A DNA stretch of 64,000 nucleotides from a virus (taxonomy: Duplodnaviria > Caudoviricetes). The stretch is taken from positions 32,001-96,000 of the IMG/VR virus record IMGVR_UViG_3300021399_003927. One strand, 5' to 3'. A program made the position numbers and the translations under genes. Shown here piece after piece: positions 57,338 through 64,000 of the stretch. The notes under the pieces were generated by a model, which worked only from the letters and a program-made list of their open reading frames with translations, was not told the origin of the DNA and did no database searches. Numbering within the stretch: the first letter of the stretch is position 1; each line of letters starts with the position of its first letter.

Positions 57338-58078
57338 TCAACTCTCCTTTATTGCAGATTCTTTTTCTACGGCATCTATAGTTGATGTAACCTCTTTCAA
57401 ACAACTAAAGAAGCCACTCCACCACATACCATAACCCTTAGAATGTAATGGGTACTCTTCTTCTTCGTGTTCAAGAACATACTTAGCCTTCACAATTAGA
57501 GGCAGCAGAGTAGCACCATCAGTCTTCTCGCACTTGACAGCAATCACCTTGCCACCACGCTGAACCATACCGAACACAGGTGTCTTGGTCTTGGTTGAAC
57601 GACCTTGAGTTCCTGGTGTGCGTCTGCTCTTGTGCTTGTTATTCTCTCTACCACCGATGTAAGCCTCGTCACACTCAACATCACCCTCAAGGGCGATAGT
57701 GTCATCTTGTGCGAACAGAGTTCTAATCTTCTGTAGGATGAACCAAGCGGTCTTCTGAGTCACGTCAATGTCTCTTGCAAGCTGATGGCTGCTGATACCC
57801 TTCTTGTGAGAAGAAATCAGATACATCGCCATAAACCACTTGCGAAGGTCAATCTTGGTGTTATTGAATATTGTACCAACCTTCTCACTAAAGTTCTTGT
57901 GACAGTTGGAACAACAGAAACGACCATCGGCTCTCTTGTGGCAATGGTGCTGACCGCAGTGAGGGCATACGACATCATCACCCCAACGAGACTCAACGAG
58001 GGCTTGTTGGCATTTTTCCTCAGTGTTAAAGTAGGTAGCCACTGAGTACAGCGAATTGAATTTACTGAAATTAATCAT
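57338..58078 (-). pseudogene. IS1595 transposase, C-terminally truncated and fused
   Basis: Zn ribbon CPHCG, HTH, ECDEAYIGG, KTPVFGMVQR; remaining DDE residues absent. Confidence 0.85.
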
Positions 58079-58383
58079 AATGTCTCTAATATATTTTATC
58101 CGTATCTTATTTATCTGTGTGCAAAGATACGAAAAATATTTGAGAAAAACAAATTTTTCAGCAACTATTTTCAGTCTGTACCTCATTTTTAGCTTATTTT
58201 ATATCTTTTTGTAGCCAACAAGTATATCGTTACCTTAATTTTTCTATTTCATTTATTTATTATCGTCATAACAACACGGATATGGACATTTCACCCTTAA
58301 TGCTCTATCACGCCCATCACAAGGGTTACAAGAGCATGCGTCACAACGTTTCTTCCATCTTTCATTATATTCATCCATAATAC

Positions 58384-58821
58384 TCATTTAAACTTCCCTA
58401 ATCTAATACCTTCTACAAGGTAGTTATACAATATCTCCCAATCTGTTTCTGCCTCAAACCCAAACTTGTCATCAATACCTACGTTGAAATATGTTTTCTC
58501 ATCGAAACAAGACAACGATGTATTTTCCGTTTCAGTGTTTCGGTTAATATAATCAAACCGAATGCCATTAGCTTTAAAATATCCAATATACTCATCTATT
58601 ATGCTTTTATAAGTTGATGTCCATAGTATGAGAGAAATCTGCTGTGCATGACTCATAATGTCCAATGCTTCTTTTGCAAAAGGATACCACTTATACTCTT
58701 CTTTCTCGTGATAGCAAGCCTCAAATACAGTGTCGTGAATATCCACAAGCACGTATATTTTCTCCCAATTACGGTCTTTCATTCGTTTGAAAGCACTATC
58801 GAAACTTTTTTCTATACTCAT
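58384..58821 (-). CDS. HAD-superfamily protein
   Basis: VDIHDT, LWTS, IDDK. Confidence 0.7.
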   Translation of the reverse strand: MSIEKSFDSAFKRMKDRNWEKIYVLVDIHDTVFEACYHEKEEYKWYPFAKEALDIMSHAQQISLILWTSTYKSIIDEYIGYFKANGIRFDYINRNTETENTSLSCFDEKTYFNVGIDDKFGFEAETDWEILYNYLVEGIRLGKFK

Positions 58822-59109
58822 AATATAATTTCATTTTAGAAAAGATTCCTACATCTGTCATAGAGCAATTAACTCAAAGGCAAATAGACTTCATATTCGA
58901 TGTAGAATTACTTCTACAAGTTTTCAATCCATCACCACTTTTATTTACCTCGAAGTGCAGATTCTCACTGCTTTTCCCTTTCACAGTCTCCATCTGGTTG
59001 CTTTACCAATCACACTGACCTCAATCACATGTTTGCCACTACAAGGTCTTCCAACTGTCAATTCAGTATCCCCATTGAAATAAATTATTTCGCCCTCGGA
59101 ATCTTTTTT

Positions 59110-59252
59110 TGCTACATCGGTGGGATTCGAACCCAACGTAGAAACTAAAGCGTTTCGAGTCATGTCTAACGTGGGTATCATTGTTTAAGGTCTCTGCTAG
59201 CAACGACCCCCTCATTTCATTGACTGTATCTCTCATTTGTCCCAGATGTGGC
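59110..59252 (-). ncRNA. tRNA shell with an insert of about 110 nt
   Basis: GCCACATC/GATGTAGC plus GGG-TTCGAAT-CCC. Confidence 0.55.
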
Positions 59253-59311
59253 ATTAAGACTTGCAATTTTCTTAAATAATCCATACCCATTCCTCTGATA
59301 CGATGTAGTTG

Positions 59312-59384
59312 TTGGGATTAAGGGAATCGAACCCCTACAGACCAAGAGTCAGAGTCTTGCGTACTACCATTATACTAAACCCCA
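59312..59384 (-). tRNA. tRNA-Gln(CTG)
   Basis: Cloverleaf. Confidence 0.9.
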
Positions 59385-59391
59385 AAGTAAA

Positions 59392-59467
59392 GGGAACATT
59401 TTTAACCGTATTCTTAAAACCCAAATTTAATTACTTGTTAATTCAATAATACTTGCTGTAAGTTCCC
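59392..59467 (-). ncRNA. CAGCA-scaffold RNA with Pro(TGG) anticodon hairpin
   Basis: TTAAA-TTTGGGT-TTTAA inside GGGAAC/GTTCCC. Confidence 0.75.
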
Positions 59468-59472
59468 ACTTG

Positions 59473-59544
59473 TAGCGCATAGCGGAGTCGGACCGCTCTT
59501 CCCAGAATGAAAATCTGATGTACTAACCGATATACGAATGCGCC
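59473..59544 (-). tRNA. tRNA-Glu(TTC)
   Basis: Cloverleaf. Confidence 0.85.
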
Positions 59545-59621
59545 ATTAAAGAAAGATGCTGTGTTGGAGGCGTGAATCTCTCGCCCACTTTTCGAACTAC
59601 ACCTTTTCTAACATCTTTTTG

Positions 59622-59694
59622 TATTGGGTACGAGGCTCGAACTCGTAGTCTTCACAGTGAGAGTGTGATGCCTTACCAATTTGGCCAACCCAAC
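59622..59694 (-). tRNA. tRNA-Glu(CTC)
   Basis: Cloverleaf. Confidence 0.88.
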
Positions 59695-60036
59695 ATAGTG
59701 TTTTTGTTTTCACGTTGCAAATATATGAAAAAAAATCGGAATATCCAAATTTTTAGCCAATTTTTAACGTATTTAAACAATTTAAGGTGGATAATCCGTA
59801 GACTACCCACCTATACATTATATTTTGCCGATGTAAGAAGAAATCTTGTTTAAATATAATAATAAAATGATTGAGTCTACACTTAACATATGGACATGCC
59901 ACCTAGTCTTGGGTATTCATATCCAAGCTCTCTAGGCTGTTCTATATGTAGACTAAAAGTAATCATATTATTATTAACTGTTTATTATAAATATAATGTA
60001 TTTCAAAAAAAATTAAATGGAAAATGAAAAATATTT

Positions 60037-60465
60037 TTATTCCCCATTATGTTCTTCCCAAGAGGCTCTTATTTCGTCAGTAACCTGTTGGTATATGTCC
60101 GTGCCCTTTGCAAGGCCATAGACTTTCTTTGTCCATCCGAAAACGGACGTTCCAGTGCTACCAATTTTAAACCAAAGTTCATGATTGTGACTTGAACTTG
60201 ATATTTCCCACACTTGGTGCACCATAGGATATTCGTTGCCGTATCCGTCATCAATAAGGCAGAATACACAATCGCCTCTTTGAACGTCATGTGGAACACA
60301 AGGTTTAATCTTGCAGTATTCCATGTGGTTAATCAACGGACGAAGTGATGTTCCAGCTTCCCAATGATATACGGTTTCACCATTTTTAAGGGCTTCTTCG
60401 ATTTCCTTATAATCTTGAACTACCCTTATTCCGTCTATTTCTTTTGGCTCATTTACTATTCTCAT
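60037..60465 (-). CDS. S24/S26 peptidase-like protein
   Basis: GTSLRP and MVHQV; paralogue of 34043-34369. Confidence 0.55.
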   Translation of the reverse strand: MRIVNEPKEIDGIRVVQDYKEIEEALKNGETVYHWEAGTSLRPLINHMEYCKIKPCVPHDVQRGDCVFCLIDDGYGNEYPMVHQVWEISSSSHNHELWFKIGSTGTSVFGWTKKVYGLAKGTDIYQQVTDEIRASWEEHNGE

Positions 60466-61925
60466 AGCATTTCAAATAAATTATAAAGTTTGTTTGTATC
60501 ATCATCAATTGTAATTTTTCTATTCTTTTTTACGCCACTGAGTTTACACATTGTGTTCAAGTCTTCTTTCATAATTGCGATAGAAGAATTAAGAGACTTC
60601 ACATAGTTGCTCAGAGAGTTTACCATCATGTCAACTGATGCCACACTACCATTGAAATTCATTCGTGGCAAAGAAGGAATTGTGGGCATTTTAATGTTGT
60701 AGTTTTTCATTCTGAAAACTGCTGCTTCTGCCCTTTTCCTTTGTTCTTTGATTCTTTTTTCCTCTGCTTCTATTATTTTACGTTTTTCTTCCTCTTCTCT
60801 TCTAGCCCTTTCAGCAGCTTCTTTAGCTTTCCTTTCCTTTTCAGCTTCGTACTCTTCAATGGTAATTGCACCTAGTTCATCCCAACTAATTGTGAAATAC
60901 TCATTTGGGTTAACACCATCGAAATAAGCCCTATCAACGCCAAAACATCTATCAATTGAGTCTTCTACACCTTCTTTCGTTAGTTTGATTAAGATGTAAA
61001 TAGTATCCTCAGATGATATGAAATTGCCATGATTGAACAGAATACCTTTTGGATAAACAATCTGAATATCCAAATTTGTTTTATCTTTGGTGATATAACC
61101 GTTGCCATATACTAGTGGTTCAATCGTCTGAATCCTTACACTCTTCTCAAACTGCTTTTCGGTGATAAGATGACCACTAGGAGTTAGGACATACCCATCA
61201 AAGTAATCCTTAAACCCATCAAGTCTTATAAGTATGTTTCTAACGGTGTTATCAATGTCTGACAATGGAGTAGTACCTAAGTTGTTCTTATCAAATGGTA
61301 TAATGTCTTTAACCCTTTTCCAAGCTAGTTTCTTAGGAAAAAGCTGCAAACCAGTCTGATATTCAATTCCAAGCTGTGCACAGTCATTTTTAGATAATGT
61401 GAATATTAATCCTTTTTCTCCACCTACTTGTTTTACGATGACAGAATCAACTTTAACTCCATGAAACTCATCAACTATACCAACAAGTTCATAGACTTTC
61501 TCTTCCATCTTAAACCCATCGCAAGCTACACCCCTTAAAGCATACTTCTCACCTTCAATAAACTTAGGTATCATATGCTTTGGTTCACTTACCACGCTCA
61601 TGTCGGTAAAGTCAACAGCTTCAAACAACTCTTTAGGCTGAGAAAATAGCTTCTCAACCTTTGGTGTGCTGCGTTTGCGAGGGTAGCCCATAGCTTCCCA
61701 AGCAGCGTTGTTAATTTCGTCTATTAGCATTAAACTTCTTGCACTTTTATATAAAGCCATTTCACTAGTGTCTATCATCATAGACAACGGAAAAATAATA
61801 CCGCTATCTGTGTCTAATAAAAGATTATTACCTTGTATGTCTGTTACTATCTTAACAGCACCTAACCCACTAGGGAGTTTAACCCTAGTGGGAGGCGGTA
61901 TTCTAGATGGAATTATTTTTGCCAT
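60462..61925 (-). CDS. hypothetical protein with coiled coil
   Basis: 487-aa ORF abutting telA. Confidence 0.7.
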   Translation of the reverse strand: MAKIIPSRIPPPTRVKLPSGLGAVKIVTDIQGNNLLLDTDSGIIFPLSMMIDTSEMALYKSARSLMLIDEINNAAWEAMGYPRKRSTPKVEKLFSQPKELFEAVDFTDMSVVSEPKHMIPKFIEGEKYALRGVACDGFKMEEKVYELVGIVDEFHGVKVDSVIVKQVGGEKGLIFTLSKNDCAQLGIEYQTGLQLFPKKLAWKRVKDIIPFDKNNLGTTPLSDIDNTVRNILIRLDGFKDYFDGYVLTPSGHLITEKQFEKSVRIQTIEPLVYGNGYITKDKTNLDIQIVYPKGILFNHGNFISSEDTIYILIKLTKEGVEDSIDRCFGVDRAYFDGVNPNEYFTISWDELGAITIEEYEAEKERKAKEAAERARREEEEKRKIIEAEEKRIKEQRKRAEAAVFRMKNYNIKMPTIPSLPRMNFNGSVASVDMMVNSLSNYVKSLNSSIAIMKEDLNTMCKLSGVKKNRKITIDDDTNKLYNLFEML

Positions 61926-63229
61926 TACTTCTCAAGAATTCTTATGCCATCATTTTGAAGTTCCTTGGCAATAACACGCTGTGTCGATTCAGCAACACCA
62001 AGTGCTGTCTGAGACATCTGTTTCTCCAATTTGGCAATTTCAGCCTCAGCAGCAGCACGCTTCTGAGCACCCTCTTGCTGTGCTTTCTGAACACCTTCAA
62101 CCGTAGCTAACAAATCTGTCGTAGTCTTACGAAGCGTTTCAATGTCAATGACAGTGCGCTGATTCTGCTTTGCAACTTCAATTGCTTGAGTCTTCATCAT
62201 TTCAGAATTCTTCTTGAAGATTTCATTGGTTGCATTTGCAACCTTACTACTAACTTCAAGGCTTTGCTTCTGATTATACAAAGCCACTGCAAGTGAAAGC
62301 TGATTCTTCCAAAGAGGAATTGTCATGGCAATCTGAGACTCTGTATTGTTGGCATCCATGATATTGGTGCGCTGAATAATGCGAATCTGCGTGAGAGACT
62401 GCTTAAACGCATAGCGAAGCATTGTAAGGTCTGTGAGACGCTTATCCAAAGAATTTTTGTACTCTTCGATGTCGCTAATCTGATAGTCCTCATACTCACT
62501 TGCCCTAGACTTCATGTCTTCAATCAGTGTTCCAAGCTCATCGGACTTAATCTTACCTGCAATGATAAGGTCTTCAAGTTGGCCTACATAATCACAGTTG
62601 TTTTCAAACTGCTTCTGCAAAAGGTTGTTGTCACGAATTGCAATCTGACGAGTGGCCTCAAGCTTATTGACAATACCATCAATGTTCTTCTGAATGGTGT
62701 TGTACTTGGCTTTAATCTGTTCAACAGATACCACAAGTTTGCGCAGCATAGGAATCTTACGCAAAAACCTCTTCATCTTACTAGGTGCTTCAAGGTCATC
62801 AATGTTGACTTCATGCAATTCACCCAAAAGATTGGAAATAAGCTCTGCTGATTCGATGCTTGTACGAGAGTCCATCTGCTGAGACAAGAAATCATTGGAA
62901 TACGTGTCCATAGCCCTCTGTAGGTCAGAACCATAGCTAGAGATACTTGTCAAGTCCTTTTCGTCAAGAACTTTTGCAATTTCAGCATAATAAGCTTTCT
63001 TTTGAGCTGGCAAGTTTTCCGTGTTAATCGTACCATCATCAGATACTCTCTTCTGAGGCAGATTTCCACTAATGTTCTCACCATTAAGCTCTGCTTCTGC
63101 TTCTTCCACAATGGTTTCAGCTACTTTCTTAGCCTTACGTCTTGACACAGTTTTCTTAGGAGCTACATCTGTTACTTCGTAGTCCTTCACATCAACTACA
63201 GTTTCTACTGTTTTAGCCTTAGTTGCCAT
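61925..63229 (-). CDS. telA: TelA-like toxic anion resistance protein
   Basis: QIRIIQ and TIPLWKNQ. Confidence 0.8.
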   Translation of the reverse strand: MATKAKTVETVVDVKDYEVTDVAPKKTVSRRKAKKVAETIVEEAEAELNGENISGNLPQKRVSDDGTINTENLPAQKKAYYAEIAKVLDEKDLTSISSYGSDLQRAMDTYSNDFLSQQMDSRTSIESAELISNLLGELHEVNIDDLEAPSKMKRFLRKIPMLRKLVVSVEQIKAKYNTIQKNIDGIVNKLEATRQIAIRDNNLLQKQFENNCDYVGQLEDLIIAGKIKSDELGTLIEDMKSRASEYEDYQISDIEEYKNSLDKRLTDLTMLRYAFKQSLTQIRIIQRTNIMDANNTESQIAMTIPLWKNQLSLAVALYNQKQSLEVSSKVANATNEIFKKNSEMMKTQAIEVAKQNQRTVIDIETLRKTTTDLLATVEGVQKAQQEGAQKRAAAEAEIAKLEKQMSQTALGVAESTQRVIAKELQNDGIRILEK

Positions 63230-63264
63230 ATTATTCTAAAAATTAAAGTTATTATTCAACATTT

Positions 63265-63299
63265 TTGCAAATATATGAAAAATAAATGAAATAGCCAAA
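63265..63299 (-). promoter_or_regulatory. Bacteroidota sigma-70 promoter (representative of about 28 copies)
   Basis: TTTGG...TAnnTTTGCA; also near 35, 4275, 6600, 14380, 16440, 18025, 25630, 25737, 27935, 30705, 32350, 36103, 37720, 39770, 46345, 47170, 48428, 53600, 59717. Confidence 0.85.
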
Positions 63300-63370
63300 A
63301 TTTAAGCGTTAAAAAATATGAATTCATAAAAAACTACCCATCATTAAAGGTGGGCAGTATTAAATGTTAA

Positions 63371-63799
63371 TTAAAATGGTAAATCATCAGCTTCGTTTGT
63401 CTCATTTTTTGCAGTGGCTGCTGCAACTGCTGGTTCCTTTTTCTTGAAAGTTCCTGTTTCAGCAACTGCTTCATTAGACTGAGTACCACCGCTATTGCTT
63501 GATACGAAATCAACTCGGTCTGCAAACACTGAAACGTCTATTGCAGACTCTCCGCTCTTAGCCTTGTACAAAGAATACTTAGGCGTACCATTAATGATTA
63601 CTTGGCTACCCTTTTTCAAGTGCTCTGCCATTTTAACAGCTCTCTCACCACCCCATAGGACACTAATCCATGTGGTAAGATTCTCTCCACCAATGAAGTC
63701 ATTGCTAGCGACTCTCATTGTTAAAAACTGTTTTCCATTTTTTGAAGTCTTGAGTTCAGAATCAGCCCCAAGTCTTCCGATTACTTGTAAATATTGCAT
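63371..63799 (-). CDS. ssb: single-stranded DNA-binding protein
   Basis: IGRLGAD, LKKGSQV, C-terminal DDLPF. Confidence 0.92.
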   Translation of the reverse strand: MQYLQVIGRLGADSELKTSKNGKQFLTMRVASNDFIGGENLTTWISVLWGGERAVKMAEHLKKGSQVIINGTPKYSLYKAKSGESAIDVSVFADRVDFVSSNSGGTQSNEAVAETGTFKKKEPAVAAATAKNETNEADDLPF

Positions 63800-63806
63800 G
63801 TTTTAA

Positions 63807-63998
63807 TTAGTTTTTTAAATATAACACTAAAAATTTATTATCTTCTGTAAAAGCCCAACCTTGTTTTTTCAATGTTTCCAATTCACTTGATGGAAAATCC
63901 GATTCAAGTAACTCATTAACATTTATTTCGTAATAATAATCAAGAGTTTGAAAATCCATTTGCAAATTGACATTCACAAATTTATAAATGTTAACCAA
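63807..63998 (-). CDS. hypothetical protein (may extend beyond the window)
   Basis: ORF at the window edge. Confidence 0.45.
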   Translation of the reverse strand: MVNIYKFVNVNLQMDFQTLDYYYEINVNELLESDFPSSELETLKKQGWAFTEDNKFLVLYLKN

Positions 63999-64000
63999 TT

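Larger units (their letters stand above)
55263..58234 (-). mobile_element. IS1595-family transposon with cargo
   Basis: 23-bp TIRs GGTAACGATATACYTGTTGGCTA (22/23 identical); 8-bp TSD TTAATTTT. Confidence 0.88.

Noticed and set aside
999-63806. Plus-strand ORFs in the ORF track
   Set aside because: Antisense shadows of minus-strand genes or RNAs, with no motifs or promoters
1-64000. Genome-wide TAG-to-Gln recoding (Lak-type)
   Set aside because: Known protein families are intact under code 11 and no long gene is broken by TAG in this window

Overview
AT-rich window with nearly all genes on the minus strand, from a large (jumbo/mega) phage that most likely infects Bacteroidota (Prevotella-like). 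Host evidence: about 28 copies of a TTTG-N19-21-TAnnTTTG promoter, a Bacteroidota-type tmRNA tag, and OmpA, fimbrillin and DUF4842-like genes. The first 20 kb holds accessory metabolic genes (PncA, CCA-adding enzyme, peptidase, DHFR, Nudix). The 20.8-59.7 kb region is a translation/RNA island with about 35 tRNAs (including an amber suppressor), tmRNA, a GOLLD-like large RNA and three homologous group I introns in tRNA anticodon loops, one with an apparent C.A splice-site wobble. The most striking element is a 12-copy RNA scaffold (covarying GG-stem + RCAGCA ... stem') whose loop carries circularly permuted tRNAs opened at different positions, acceptor-less tRNAs or bare anticodon hairpins. Also present: two tRNA-shaped RNAs with a bipartite antisense segment matching a loop of another phage RNA, a 23S rRNA GTPase-centre mimic inside an IS1595 transposon (TIRs and 8-bp TSD), and an amber-codon/RGP leader peptide paired with the start region of a Pth2-like operon. 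All calls were made by eye with no database searches, and coordinates may be off by a few nt.
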